From Acidimicrobiales bacterium (GTDB lineage Bacteria; Actinomycetota; Acidimicrobiia; Acidimicrobiales; CADCTF01): 64,000 nt of DNA. The stretch is from NCBI GenBank assembly GCA_035540495.1, contig DATLGL010000004.1:568-64567 (forward strand). The letters run 5' to 3'. The notes beneath the pieces are model-generated. The model was given only the letters and a program-made list of their open reading frames with translations. It did not search any database and was not told where the DNA came from. Positions 17,509 through 28,165 of the stretch are shown one piece after another. The stretch's first letter is position 1; each line of letters starts with the position of its first letter. The position numbers and the translations under genes were made by a program.

Positions 17509-18807
17509 GTGTACGCGCCGCTCTGGCCAAGTCGGGCGCGGAGCGAAGCGGATACGGGAGTGACTGGTCGCAGCGTCGTAGCGTCCGGGCCTGTGGCCGT
17601 AGCGCACCTGGTTGTCGTCAGCGACGAAGGAGGTGTCGCAGTTGTTAATGGGCGACTACCGATGGTTCCGACTAGTGAACTGTTGTCTGCAGGCACGACT
17701 CTCGGGGTCCCCTTGGCGATCGTGCGCACGGTCAGCCGATTGGGCGACGATCGCGTCGTCCTGGCGGAGTGCGTCGGTTCTCCGGACAGCGATGACATCG
17801 ATTGGGTTGACCCCTCCAGGGTTCGGGTCACCAGCGTCGACCTCGGTAGCGCGATCGCGGCAGCTTGCCGTCCGGACGATGACACGCCTCGCGCAGCATG
17901 GATGGTTCGCGGCTGGTTGAACAAGGCCCTGGACGAGGTCGCCGAGCAGCACGGTCGGGTCACGAGCTTTCGGCAGCTCAAGCACTGGGCGCTTTCGGCC
18001 GTCGTTCACGTCGTTACAGAGACTGCCGATGTAGTCCTGAAACAGGTCCCGCCGCAGCTTGCCGCCGAAGGTCCGGTGACGGCGCTGCTCGCGGACCTCG
18101 GCCCTGGTGCGGTCCCTACGGTCCTCACCGCCGACAGTGACCGATTCGTCATGGAGACCTTCGGCGGAACCGAGGGGTCGGTCGAGGCCGACGGACTCGA
18201 GGCGCTGGCCTCGCTCCAGCAGACCGCAACGGCGCACTGCGATCGGCTCTTTGCCGTGGGTTGCCGAACCCAGACGGCGAGCGCGCTCGCACTCGACATC
18301 GCAGCGCTGCTCGCCCGGGAGGACGTGCTCTTCGAAAGGACTTGGCAGCTGTCGACAACCGACGGTCGGCGGCCGACTCGATACCTAGAGCCCGAGGACG
18401 TCGCTCATCTCCGCGGGCAACTCGACCGGATCGCCGCCGACGCCCATCGTCTAGACCGGTCTGCCCCCACCACCATCGTCCATGGCGACTTCCACCCGTT
18501 CAACGTCGCCCGTGTCGACGATCGCACCGTCATCCTGGACTGGGGGGCCGCCTTTCTCGGCGACCCTCGCGCGGATCTGCCAACGTGGCGGCAGCTCGCC
18601 CCCAGCGACGCTGGCGTGGATGACTACCTTGCCAAGTGGAACACGAGCGTCGACGACTGGGACCAGGTTGTTTACGCCGCGTACCTGATGAACGCACTGA
18701 CGTGCGCAACGCTTGCAGACGCCGTCCTCGACGAATCCGCACGCAAGGACTGGAGCGCCGGCGTCCAGAAGCGCCTCATTGAGGCTCTCGAGCTCATGGG
18801 GAGGTAG
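17509..18807 (+). CDS. Aminoglycoside-phosphotransferase/choline-kinase-like protein (start uncertain)
   Basis: HGDFHPFN Brenner motif, VILDWG, VVLKQV. Confidence 0.82.
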   Translation: MYAPLWPSRARSEADTGVTGRSVVASGPVAVAHLVVVSDEGGVAVVNGRLPMVPTSELLSAGTTLGVPLAIVRTVSRLGDDRVVLAECVGSPDSDDIDWVDPSRVRVTSVDLGSAIAAACRPDDDTPRAAWMVRGWLNKALDEVAEQHGRVTSFRQLKHWALSAVVHVVTETADVVLKQVPPQLAAEGPVTALLADLGPGAVPTVLTADSDRFVMETFGGTEGSVEADGLEALASLQQTATAHCDRLFAVGCRTQTASALALDIAALLAREDVLFERTWQLSTTDGRRPTRYLEPEDVAHLRGQLDRIAADAHRLDRSAPTTIVHGDFHPFNVARVDDRTVILDWGAAFLGDPRADLPTWRQLAPSDAGVDDYLAKWNTSVDDWDQVVYAAYLMNALTCATLADAVLDESARKDWSAGVQKRLIEALELMGR

Positions 18808-18895
18808 GGAACGAAGCGCGAGTCGCCGAGTCGCGCCTCATGCCACGCCCTTCCTGGGAGCCAGCGACCTTGTGTAACCATCCTCCGACTGCCTC

Positions 18896-19763
18896 ATGCC
18901 GCTGACCGCACTCGCCCATAGCCGCGCCAGGACTGACGACGGCGTTGACCTCTGGACGGCGCGGTCCGGTGTGGGAACGAGAGCCGTCGTTCTCTGCCAC
19001 GGAGGGCCCGGCTCTTGGGACCAGATGGAACCGGTCGCGGAGATGCTCGACGATCTTGCCGTCGTCATCCGGTGGGACCAACGGGGGTGTGGGCGATCCG
19101 AAGGGAACGGTCCATACACCTACGAACGCTTCATCGCCGATCTCGACACAGTCCGACGCCACTGGCAACTCAACTCGTTCGTCGTCGGCGGCCACAGCGG
19201 CGGCGCGTCGCTGGCGCTCTTCTACGCCGCATCGCACCCCGACCGCACCGCAGGAGTGATCTACATCTCCGGGACGGGTCTTAGCTGGACCGACAAGCAC
19301 AGCCACGCGTACCGGCAGAACCGGCTCGCTCACCTCGGCACGCACCGCGACCGGTGGGAGCAACTGCGCCGCTCGACGGAACTCGACGAGAGCGAGCGAC
19401 GCGAGCTCACCCTCCTCACCTTCGCGACGGACTTTGGCGACGTCACCCCACACACGCTCGAACTTGCCCGGCGGTGGCTAGATGAACGATTCGATGTGAA
19501 TCGCGACTGCAACACCGAACTCGGCCGCGAGATGGGCGAACGAGAACGTTGGGTGGCGGGACGCCTCGGCAACATCAAGTGCCCGGTTCTGGTCCCACGG
19601 TCAACTCGACCCGAGGCCAGCGATCGCCGCCGAACAGCTCGCCGGAAAGCTTCCCAACGCATCGATGGCGCTCCTCGACGAGGTCGGCCATGTGCCATGG
19701 GCAGACCATCCCGAACATCTGCGAGCCGCGCTGCGCTCGTATCTCAGGCAACTCGGTGCATGA
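18896..19763 (+). pseudogene. Alpha/beta hydrolase (proline-iminopeptidase-like) with a +1 frameshift
   Basis: HGGPG, WDQRGCGRS, GHSGG; after the C run at 19594-19596 the catalytic Asp/His region (VHGQLDPR...VGHVPWAD) continues in another frame to TGA 19763. Confidence 0.8.
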
Positions 19764-20037
19764 ACGACTATCGGCCAGCGACAGGTCCGGTGCGCGAACG
19801 ATCGGGGCGCCTATGCGCAGTCACGACGGCTCTTAGGGCTGCCTGTCCCGGGGTCACAACCCCACGTCCGAACCGATCTCGAGCAACGTGTAGGTCACGC
19901 CGGCGCTCGCGTAGCAGGCGGCAGTTCGCTCGTGCGCTTCGCCAGCGCGACCGAACGACGGGTCGGGATCGTCGTTGGTGTCGCAGATCACTCACGGACG
20001 GTGCGGTCCGCCGACGGGGGCGGCCCGCACCATCCGG

Positions 20038-20772
20038 CTAGCCCTGGTATAGCCAGATCCAGTTCCCGCTTGGGTCCTTGACCGCCGAGTTGCGCGGCAT
20101 TCCTTCCGCGTCGCGTGGCGCGACCACTTCTCGCGCACCGGCGGCAACGGCTCTCTTGTGCGCCTCGGTGAGGTCTTCGACGAGCAGACCGAGTGTCGTT
20201 GCGCCAGGCCGGTCGGCTTGATCCGCGTCGGCGACGAGGTGCAGCAGGAAGAAGTCTTTCTCGCCGTACTTGCTGAACACGAAGCCGGAGTACTCGGCGT
20301 CTTCGGTACGCCGGGTGATGTCGTAGTGAAAGCCGAACGCCTTCTGGTAGAACGCGACGGCGGCGTCGACGTCCTCGACGTTGATCTTGATTTGCACGGG
20401 CCGCGCGCCTGTGACGGTTGACATGGTGAGTCCCTTCTCAAGGTAGTAGTCGATGTCGGCCACTCGAGCGGTCAGCGCGCGCTGCTGTCGCTCCAGCCGC
20501 CGACGTTGGGTGGAGAGGACGTCGCGGATCGTTTCCCCGGTCGGGTCAGCGACCGCGCGCTTGATGTCTTCGATCGGTAGGTCGAGCCAGCGCAACGCCT
20601 GGATCACGCGCGCCTCTCGAACCTGTGATCGTCGATAGCGGCGGTATCCCGTCGCCGCGTCGACCTCCGCAGGATTCAGCAGAGCGACGTCGTCGTAATG
20701 CCGCAGCGTGTGCGTCGACAGCCCACTGATCTCGGCGAACTTCCCGATCGTCAGCAACTCGTCCCCAGCCAC
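20038..20772 (-). CDS. MerR-family regulator fused to a VOC domain
   Basis: LTIGKFAEISGLSTHTLRHYD HTH, TGYRRY, coiled coil, then VOC (VEDVDAAVAFY...KDPSGNWIWL); GTG 20772 chosen from promoter geometry. Confidence 0.9.
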   Translation of the reverse strand: MAGDELLTIGKFAEISGLSTHTLRHYDDVALLNPAEVDAATGYRRYRRSQVREARVIQALRWLDLPIEDIKRAVADPTGETIRDVLSTQRRRLERQQRALTARVADIDYYLEKGLTMSTVTGARPVQIKINVEDVDAAVAFYQKAFGFHYDITRRTEDAEYSGFVFSKYGEKDFFLLHLVADADQADRPGATTLGLLVEDLTEAHKRAVAAGAREVVAPRDAEGMPRNSAVKDPSGNWIWLYQG

Positions 20773-20779
20773 GAACCGC

Positions 20780-20810
20780 ATCGTGGGGCTTCGGGTAACC
20801 CGAAGGTCAA
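20780..20810 (-). promoter_or_regulatory. MerR-type promoter with 19-bp spacer and dyad operator
   Basis: TTGACC(20810-20805)-19 bp-CACGAT(20785-20780); dyad CTTCGGGTAACCCGAAG at 20789-20805; GTG 7 nt after the -10. Confidence 0.85.
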
Positions 20811-20927
20811 GACCCATCACCGGATTTCTAGAAAGAGATGCGTCGCCACCCGATCGACGGGGGATGCGTGTCCAGCGAGCGCGACAGAATTGCCCGCCGC
20901 TGCGCGTGCGATGGCTGGGGAGGCACC

Positions 20928-21395
20928 ATGAGCGAAGTCGTGTTGGAGCCGACGCGGGATCCGGTTTCTGCGTCCCTCGGCGTGGGCGTCGCAATCAACA
21001 TCAGCGCCCGCGACGCGAAGGCGCTCATCAGGTGGATGCAAGACGTGCTCGGGTTCAACCTCGTTGCCCTGTACCAGGATCTGGACGACGGGCACGTGCG
21101 CGCATCGCGTTTGGAGTTCGGCAACCACGCGGTCCACGTGTCGCAACGCGGACCCTCCGAGACCGCGCCGCGCTACGGCGTCGGTATCGGTGTGATCGCC
21201 GCTGACGAAGCCGCGGTCGACGCGCTGCACGCGCGGGCCTTGGCCGCTGGTGCGGAGGTCGTGACTGTTCCGGAACAGTCCTTCACCGGCTCGTACCGGT
21301 TCAGCGTGCGCGACCCTGAGGGTGACGTCTGGGGCGTGGGCACCACGTGGCACGACAAGCCAGCCTCGCTGAACCTCCCTGAGCGCGTGATCTGA
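20928..21395 (+). CDS. VOC/glyoxalase family protein
   Basis: GGGAGG RBS; LIRWMQDVLGF, FSVRDPEGDVWGVG. Confidence 0.85.
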   Translation: MSEVVLEPTRDPVSASLGVGVAINISARDAKALIRWMQDVLGFNLVALYQDLDDGHVRASRLEFGNHAVHVSQRGPSETAPRYGVGIGVIAADEAAVDALHARALAAGAEVVTVPEQSFTGSYRFSVRDPEGDVWGVGTTWHDKPASLNLPERVI

Positions 21396-21510
21396 CGCGC
21401 TTCAACGACACGTCGAGACGCGGGCGCGACCCAGCGACGGTCGGCGCTCGTTCCGATGCGTCCGAAGTATCCGGCACCCGTGGCTCGTCGGTGCGGTACG
21501 GATCGCGAGC

Positions 21511-22272
21511 GTGTTCGCCGAGGTTCATCGCGCGGCTGCGCCTTCGTTCGTGGTGGCAAGCATTCCGCATGGCGGACGGCAGTGGCCGGAGAGCGCTGCG
21601 GAGGATCTAGTCGTGGCACCGGAGTCCGTTGTATCGGACTGGCACACGCCAGAGCTCTACTCGTTCCTCGCGGACGTAGGAGTGGACGCAGTCGAGAACA
21701 GAGCGAGCCGCTTCGTCGCTGACCCCAACAGGGATCCGTCCACGGGCTTTGGATCAATCAACAACCATGTTGTTGCCGACACCGACTTCCGAGGTACGCG
21801 GCTCTACCGACGCCATCTCACGCCCGGTGACGTCTCGGCCCGTGTAGCGCTGGCCCACGCCCCTTACCATGAGGCATTGGATCTGCTCGCCGGGGAGGCC
21901 GTCGCGCGGCACGGCCGAGTTCTGGTCCTTGACCTCCACTGTTTCGGTGCCGACGTTGACGCCGACATCGTGATCGGCGATGGGTGGGGCACGACCGCTT
22001 CGAGCGCAACCGTCGCAGCGGTCGAACACGTCCTCGAGCACCAAGGATTCCGCACCGTGCGCAACCAGAAGTTTCCCGGCGGGTGGATCGTGCGAAGGCA
22101 TGGCCGTCCACCAGTGAGGGAAGCGATCCAGCTTGAACTCAATGCCCGCACCTATATCGATCCCGACACGGCACGGGGCGTGTTCGGTCTACCCCCATAC
22201 GACGCCAGGTTTGAAGCTGTCCAACAACGGCTCCGCAGTGCGCTCGCGGCATTGCCGCAGCTCTTGAACTGA
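21511..22272 (+). CDS. N-formylglutamate amidohydrolase family protein
   Basis: SIPHGG, SDWHTPELY, SRFVADPNR, PYHEAL, LDLHC, RNQKFPGG, IQLELN. Confidence 0.88.
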   Translation: MFAEVHRAAAPSFVVASIPHGGRQWPESAAEDLVVAPESVVSDWHTPELYSFLADVGVDAVENRASRFVADPNRDPSTGFGSINNHVVADTDFRGTRLYRRHLTPGDVSARVALAHAPYHEALDLLAGEAVARHGRVLVLDLHCFGADVDADIVIGDGWGTTASSATVAAVEHVLEHQGFRTVRNQKFPGGWIVRRHGRPPVREAIQLELNARTYIDPDTARGVFGLPPYDARFEAVQQRLRSALAALPQLLN

Positions 22273-22386
22273 GTCGTTCGGCTTGCTAGCAGAAGCGGAG
22301 TAGTAGAGCCGACAGCGCCGGCCTTCGCCGGGGAGACGCTGTGCGCGTGGACGGCTCTTGTCGGACGCAGCCGCTACGTTCGGCGG

Positions 22387-22947
22387 ATGGGGATTCTCGT
22401 CGTTGGTCTTGGTGGCACAACACGAGCGGACTCATCGACGGAGAAGGCCCTGCGAGCGAGTCTTGACGCTGTGGAGCGGTCCGGCGCGGAGACAGTGCTG
22501 TTCGGAGCGGTTGACCTGGATCTGCCGATGTATGCGCCGGAGCGTTCGGCCCGGACGCCGAACGCGCATCGTCTGATCGAGGCACTCCGTGCGAGCGCAG
22601 GAGTCATCGTCGCCTCCCCTGGCTACCACGGGACCCTGTCAGGTCTGGTGAAGAACGCCCTCGACTACATCGAGGACATGCGCGAGGACGATCCCCCATA
22701 TCTCGACGGGCGAGCGGTGGGCACGATCGCCTGTGCCTACGGTTGGCCCGCGACAATTCATACCCTTGCCGCACTTCGCTCGGTGGCCCACGCGCTCCGC
22801 GGCTGGCCCACGCCAATGGGCGCTGGCGTCAACACGGCCGAGAACATCTTCGGCGATGACGGCACCGTGATCGATGACAAGAGTCGCTTTCAGCTGGAAC
22901 TCGTCGGACGACAAGTCGTCGAGTTCGCGCAAATGCGCCGTACATGA
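22387..22947 (+). CDS. NADPH-dependent FMN reductase
   Basis: GGTTRADSST, SPGYHGTLSGLVKNALDY. Confidence 0.92.
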   Translation: MGILVVGLGGTTRADSSTEKALRASLDAVERSGAETVLFGAVDLDLPMYAPERSARTPNAHRLIEALRASAGVIVASPGYHGTLSGLVKNALDYIEDMREDDPPYLDGRAVGTIACAYGWPATIHTLAALRSVAHALRGWPTPMGAGVNTAENIFGDDGTVIDDKSRFQLELVGRQVVEFAQMRRT

Positions 22948-23029
22948 CGAGCAGGCGACCCGAACGACGGTTCGTGCGTGGTGGAGTTCGCGCCAGATCA
23001 GCGGCGGGTTCCGTGCCCGGCGCAAGTGG

Positions 23030-23989
23030 TCAGCTAGCAGCGGTCAGGTGCCGGACGACCTCTGGAAGGGCCGCTTCGTGCGCCGCATCGAGGGCTTCGG
23101 GTGTGCCGCCGTTGTCGAAGGGCGTCGGAGGCATCTGCCCCTTGGGCCAGGGGCGGATGATGACGTGTCCGCATTCGGGGAAGTGGAGCCGCTGCACGCC
23201 TTCGCTCCGCCCATGGGCGGCCATGCGGTCACAGATCATCTCGGCCATTAACGACGCCGGGCAGGCAGCGTCCTCGCCGCCCGACAACAACAACAGCGGC
23301 CCGTTCGCCCTTTCGACAGCGATGGCCGCCGCGGCGACTGCCTCCGACTGTTCGAGCGCCGCGAGGTAGACACCAACCGAGCGCAGCCCGAGGTCAGTGC
23401 GCTCGGGCAGAAGGCCGCGCACCGCCGGAACGAACGGCACGGGCTCGCCCCCGATGCTCCAGCTTGATCGAAACGACAGGCCCCGGACCCGCCCGCGGGG
23501 GTCGTAGCCGAACCACGCCACTGACTGGGGAGCGATGGCAACAACAGGGCCGAAGTGATCAGGAAACGTCGACGCCGCGAGGAGGCTGAGCTCGGCGCCC
23601 TTGGATCCGCCGATCAGGCCGACTCGCCCCTGTCGGATCTCCGGCCGTCGTCGGAGCCACTCGGCGGCAGCAACCACCGTCTCGACGGGGATCTCGCAGA
23701 TCGCTGTCGGCAGCGGGTCGATGCCGAAGTAGGCGGCAGCGAGCACCGCTATGCCGTGGGGAGCCAACAGCGAACCCCACCAGCCCGGGATACCTCCACC
23801 TGAGCCGCTCAGCGCGACGACCGCGGGGTGAGGCCCTGGGCCATCCGGAACCCAGTACACCCCCGCCACCCCCGGCTCGCGCACCTCGATCTTCGTCGGC
23901 ACCGACCTCAGTCTGCGCCGGACGGAGACATCGTCGCCATGCGTACGGATGGACGGCTGCGGGCGTGGGTCTTCGCGCCCGAAGTGCAC
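23030..23989 (-). CDS. Acyl-CoA thioesterase / BAAT C-terminal domain hydrolase
   Basis: GSGGG, GGSKGAELSL, SGGEDAACP, CGHVI. Confidence 0.85.
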   Translation of the reverse strand: MHFGREDPRPQPSIRTHGDDVSVRRRLRSVPTKIEVREPGVAGVYWVPDGPGPHPAVVALSGSGGGIPGWWGSLLAPHGIAVLAAAYFGIDPLPTAICEIPVETVVAAAEWLRRRPEIRQGRVGLIGGSKGAELSLLAASTFPDHFGPVVAIAPQSVAWFGYDPRGRVRGLSFRSSWSIGGEPVPFVPAVRGLLPERTDLGLRSVGVYLAALEQSEAVAAAAIAVERANGPLLLLSGGEDAACPASLMAEMICDRMAAHGRSEGVQRLHFPECGHVIIRPWPKGQMPPTPFDNGGTPEALDAAHEAALPEVVRHLTAAS

Positions 23990-24010
23990 TCGCCACCGCG
24001 CGTGCGGTAG

Positions 24011-24985
24011 CTACGACAGCGCCGTTACCGCTCGCTCGGCGATCGACGCGACGTCAACGCTTGCGTTGGTGCAGTACGAAACCGACACAGCATCGCCGAT
24101 CCAGAGTTCGGCGTAGCCGCCAAAGCTGGCCCCGTTGTGCCACGCGAACGTCTGACCCCTGTACTCCCGAACCATGAACCCGAGGCCCATCCGCAGATCT
24201 GGCATCGGCATGCTCACTTGAGGATGTGTCGCCAGTACGACCGCGCTGTAATGCCTCTCGTCCGGGTCCGTCAGGGCAACTACCAGACGCTCTTGGTCGC
24301 GCGCTGAGAGCCACAGCCCACCAGCGGCGAGCGGCGGGTACATGTTCGGCGACGTATTCCACGCGCCATCAGCGCCCCGGTCGTAGCCGACGGCAGCGCC
24401 CGGCGGGCCGGGAGGCTCGAAGAACCCACCGTCTTCCACGCCAAGAGCCCGCACGAAGTGGTTCATGTAGTCGCCGAAGTCCACGTCGACGACGTCCTCG
24501 ATGAGCTGTTGCAGCACGCCGTAGCCGTCATTGCTGTAAGCCCAGCTCTCACCGACGGGACCCAGGCAGGAGATTCGCCCATCGACGAGGTCTGCGAAGC
24601 GGCGGGGACAACCCACGAGACCTCGCGTCATGACGGCGGGCTCGAGAGGAGCCGTGTGGGTCAGGAGCGCGCGGATCGGAACCGCTGTCGCCGATCCGGA
24701 TGCGTCGACGACCTCCAGGCTCCGAAGGTGTCGGTTTGCGTCGTCGTCTAGCTCGAAGCGGCCTTCGAGGTGCATCGCGACGATCGCCAGCGCGGTGAGT
24801 GGCTTCGAAACCGAGTACGCGCGGAAGGGAGTCGCCTCGGTCGCCACCCGACTCGCCAGCTCAGCCTCGCCAAGCGCAGCGGTAGCGACCTCGGCGCCAC
24901 GTGCCGCCGCTCCAGCAAGCGACGGAACCTGGCCGCCCGCGATCGCTTCATCGAACAGGGACTCGATGATGCCCCTTACCGTCAC
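24011..24985 (-). CDS. Serine hydrolase, beta-lactamase class C-like
   Basis: SVSK, LLTHT, YSNDGY, WHNG; start approximate. Confidence 0.88.
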   Translation of the reverse strand: MTVRGIIESLFDEAIAGGQVPSLAGAAARGAEVATAALGEAELASRVATEATPFRAYSVSKPLTALAIVAMHLEGRFELDDDANRHLRSLEVVDASGSATAVPIRALLTHTAPLEPAVMTRGLVGCPRRFADLVDGRISCLGPVGESWAYSNDGYGVLQQLIEDVVDVDFGDYMNHFVRALGVEDGGFFEPPGPPGAAVGYDRGADGAWNTSPNMYPPLAAGGLWLSARDQERLVVALTDPDERHYSAVVLATHPQVSMPMPDLRMGLGFMVREYRGQTFAWHNGASFGGYAELWIGDAVSVSYCTNASVDVASIAERAVTALS

Positions 24986-25107
24986 AGCGGCAATGTAGGC
25001 AGGAGGGCGCTTCGAGCGCTGGGTCGGCCCGACCAGATCGACGGGAGCGTGCGCTTTCTCAACGCGACGGAACCACACCAGCACGCGTCCGCTGCGACAC
25101 TGAGCGC

Positions 25108-25806
25108 GTGAGAGCGGTCGTGCTGGTCCACGCCCCACTGGTTGGTCCGTCGACATGGCGTTGGGTCGCCGAGGAGTTGCGGCGACACGGTCACGACGTC
25201 TTCGTGCCGGTTCTCCGCGATGACGCCGAGACGGGCGGGGAGCGGTTGCAGGATTCGCTGGTCGACCGTGCGGCTTCGGCCGTGCCTCCTGACAGCGACG
25301 TCGTTCTCGTGGGCCACAGCGGTGGCGGCATGCTGCTCCCGCTCATTGCCGATCGTTCGAGCGCCCGATCGGTGAGGTACGTCTTCGTCGACTCGGGGCT
25401 CTCGCCCGCCGAAGGAGCGTTGGAGCTCGCTGGTGACGAGTTCCGAGCGTCGCTTCAGAAGCGTGTCGAACCTGACGGACGCTTGCCGGGCTGGCACACG
25501 TGGTGGGGTGACGACGCGATGGATTGGATGGTGACGGACGCCGAGCGCCGAGCCGAGGTGATCGTGTACATCCCACGACTCGCGCTCGCCTACTTCGACG
25601 TTCAACGTCCGCTGCCCGCAGGATGGCGGTCGTCGCTATGCGGCTAGGTGCTCCTCAGCGAGGTGTACCGAGCATCGGCCAACGAGGCGAAGGCGGCGGG
25701 ATGGCGCGTTCTCGAGGTTCTCGGCACACACCTTGAGTTGGTGAATCGTCCCGTCGCTGTCGCCGACGCGATCGTCGAGGTGGGTCGCTTGACCGCCCCG
25801 GAGTAG
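25108..25806 (+). pseudogene. Alpha/beta hydrolase interrupted by an in-frame TAG
   Basis: LVHAPLVG, GHSGGG; the frame continues past TAG 25645-25647 as VLLSEVY...GTHLELVNRP to TAG 25806. Confidence 0.75.
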
Positions 25807-25856
25807 GGCGCGTTCTAAATCGAGACGGCGACCAGATCGACGGGTGCGGGAGCTGG

Positions 25857-26591
25857 GTGCCCGCAACAGATTCGCGGCGACGCCGCCGATTCCGGCCGCG
25901 TAAGGATGTGCGGGTGCCGTCGGATTCCTTCGCAGAGGTGGCTGCGGCGGGCTGCAGTGCGATTCTGGACGGCTCTCACGGGACAGAGGAGCCGCCTGAG
26001 CGAACGGGCCGTTGGGGCCCGTCCTTGGTCTTCCGCCCACGCGAAGAGCTGTCACTGGCGCTAGCCGCGCTCGCCACCGAAGCAGCGGTGCGCGCAGGCG
26101 CTCACCACTGGCGCTCCGGCGACATCGGTCGCAGTCACGTCACGATTCGCGCGCTCGAGCCCTACGTCGACGCGATCCCTGGAGATCGCCGGGAGCGCTA
26201 CTTGGCTGCTGCTCGAAGGGCGGCCGCCGGCCTCGGTCCCGTCCAGTTCGCGTTCGATGGCGTGACGCTCTCGACTGGCAGCGTGATGGCGAGGGCGATA
26301 CCCCTTGACGATCGCGCTGATCGTGTCCGCCAGCGGCTCGACGACGAGCTCGCTGACGACGGCTGGCTCGAGCGCCGGGTATTTCCCAACGGTCGAGATC
26401 CGATCTGGTACTGCTCCGTTCTCCACTTCGCCGGTCAGATCGCTGACCCACAGGCCCTCGTCGAGTGGGCAGAAGCGCAACACGGCGTCTCGCTCGGCGG
26501 TGCCAGCTTCACCGAACTCGACTTGTGCACCTGGGCGTTTGATGGCACGGCGATGACACCACGAGTCGTCGGTGTCGCTTCCACCGCTTGA
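25857..26591 (+). CDS. Hypothetical protein, possibly 2H phosphoesterase/LigT-like
   Basis: SHVTIRALE resembles HxT; the second HxT/S motif is not clear (CSVLHF); start uncertain. Confidence 0.45.
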   Translation: MPATDSRRRRRFRPRKDVRVPSDSFAEVAAAGCSAILDGSHGTEEPPERTGRWGPSLVFRPREELSLALAALATEAAVRAGAHHWRSGDIGRSHVTIRALEPYVDAIPGDRRERYLAAARRAAAGLGPVQFAFDGVTLSTGSVMARAIPLDDRADRVRQRLDDELADDGWLERRVFPNGRDPIWYCSVLHFAGQIADPQALVEWAEAQHGVSLGGASFTELDLCTWAFDGTAMTPRVVGVASTA

Positions 26592-26730
26592 ACAGCGGTT
26601 TCGGTGCGTGGGTGCGTACGGAAGAACGGCTCGGTGGGCGGCTCACCGTACCGAACGACCCGCGTGCCGCCCGTGCCGACGTGCGCTCGGCGATCTTCGG
26701 CGCCTCGATGATCGCGTAGTCAGCCACTAT

Positions 26731-27315
26731 GTGGTTGTGCATCCTTCGTGGCGGTATCGGCTCGTCGAGGTCGGGATGCTCACAACCGCATTTGTGGGGA
26801 TCGGCATCCTCGTCTGGGCGGCGACGCTTGCCTTCCAGCGCAGGCCGCTCCCGACCTGGATGTGGATCGTGTTCGGCTTGGTGTGTGTCATCGCGGCCCC
26901 GTTGATGATCTTGCAGGGGCGCCAACACGAAAATCCCGAAGGGGCGTTACGCCATTCCTCGGGCGAGTTCGTCGTTCTTCACGGATACCGGGAGCGTCGT
27001 CAGCGGGGGACGAGGTTGGCGCTCAACTGGAGGTACAACGCGCGGACCTACATGTTCGTGCCGCTCGGTCTGGTGATGGCGGCGTCCGGAGGACTGACTC
27101 TCCTCACCGACGGCGCATGGTGGAAGGAGACCGCCGGTGCGGTCATCGTGATTCTGGTCCTTGTCGCTACTGGAGCTCTGGTCCGATGGCTGCTGCTGCC
27201 GGTCGACGCAGAATCCAAGGCCAGGCTCGAGGCCTACTACGAAGACATGCGGTGGGACTGGGGATGGATTCTCCGCAAAGGCAGGTCGTTGCGCGCACGA
27301 CGCCGCCTGGGCTGA
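26731..27315 (+). CDS. Membrane protein, unknown function
   Basis: Four TM-like segments in two pairs; start approximate. Confidence 0.55.
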   Translation: MVVHPSWRYRLVEVGMLTTAFVGIGILVWAATLAFQRRPLPTWMWIVFGLVCVIAAPLMILQGRQHENPEGALRHSSGEFVVLHGYRERRQRGTRLALNWRYNARTYMFVPLGLVMAASGGLTLLTDGAWWKETAGAVIVILVLVATGALVRWLLLPVDAESKARLEAYYEDMRWDWGWILRKGRSLRARRRLG

Positions 27316-27502
27316 GGAGGTAAGGCCCGACACGATCGACGAGTTGCGACCCGAGCCGGCCCGCCGCGACCGATCGACGGGAGCGTGTGCTGATCGGGCG
27401 CGACCGAACGCTCAGCGAGTGGTGACCAGCACGCAGTGTCTGTCGCGAGGGTCCGGATGTCGTCCTGACGCCGGCGCAGGAAGGTGGTGCGAGACTCTGG
27501 CG

Positions 27503-28084
27503 GTGCAGCCCAGTGTTGTTGTGGTCTCGGGCCCGCCGGGCAGCGGGAAGACGTCGTTGGCGGCAGCCCTGTCGACGCGGCTCGGCTGGCCGGTCGTGTC
27601 CCGGGACGCAGTCAAGGCTGGAATGATCGATGCTGAGCGGCGCCAAGAACCACCGCCCCTCGGCGACCCGCTCGCGGTGAAGGCGTACGAGGTGATGTAC
27701 GAGATCGCCCGGCGCCATGTGGAGTGCGGCGTGAGCGTCATCGTTGAGAGCGCCTTCCGTGTGGATCTCTCGAAGCCGGAACTCGAAGCGATGACGGAGG
27801 GCGCTGAGGTGCGTCAGATCGCGTGCTACTGCCCGATCGAGCTGCTGATCGAGCGCTTCGATGCCCGCCGCACAAGTGATGGTCGTCGGCGAGCGCATCC
27901 AGACGACGCGGTCCTGCAGCTGTTCCGTGATGCCAGCTTCGGTTGGCACCTGTACGAGCCAGTCGAGTTGGGCGCCCCCCTCTTACAGGTGGACACGACG
28001 GACGGCTACAACCCGTGCCTCGACGACATCGACTTCTTCGCACGAACGGCTTCTGTGCCGATCGCGAGAGCGGACGATCTGTAA
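27503..28084 (+). CDS. P-loop kinase (AAA_33-like)
   Basis: VSGPPGSGKTS, VVSRDAVK, VIVES, LQVDTTDG; start reassigned to GTG 27503. Confidence 0.85.
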   Translation: MQPSVVVVSGPPGSGKTSLAAALSTRLGWPVVSRDAVKAGMIDAERRQEPPPLGDPLAVKAYEVMYEIARRHVECGVSVIVESAFRVDLSKPELEAMTEGAEVRQIACYCPIELLIERFDARRTSDGRRRAHPDDAVLQLFRDASFGWHLYEPVELGAPLLQVDTTDGYNPCLDDIDFFARTASVPIARADDL

Positions 28085-28165
28085 TTGGCGTTGAAGATCA
28101 ACGCTCGCGTCCGAGCGCCGATTCCATGACACCGGTCATCGCTCCGGAGCGAGGAGTTTTGCCGC

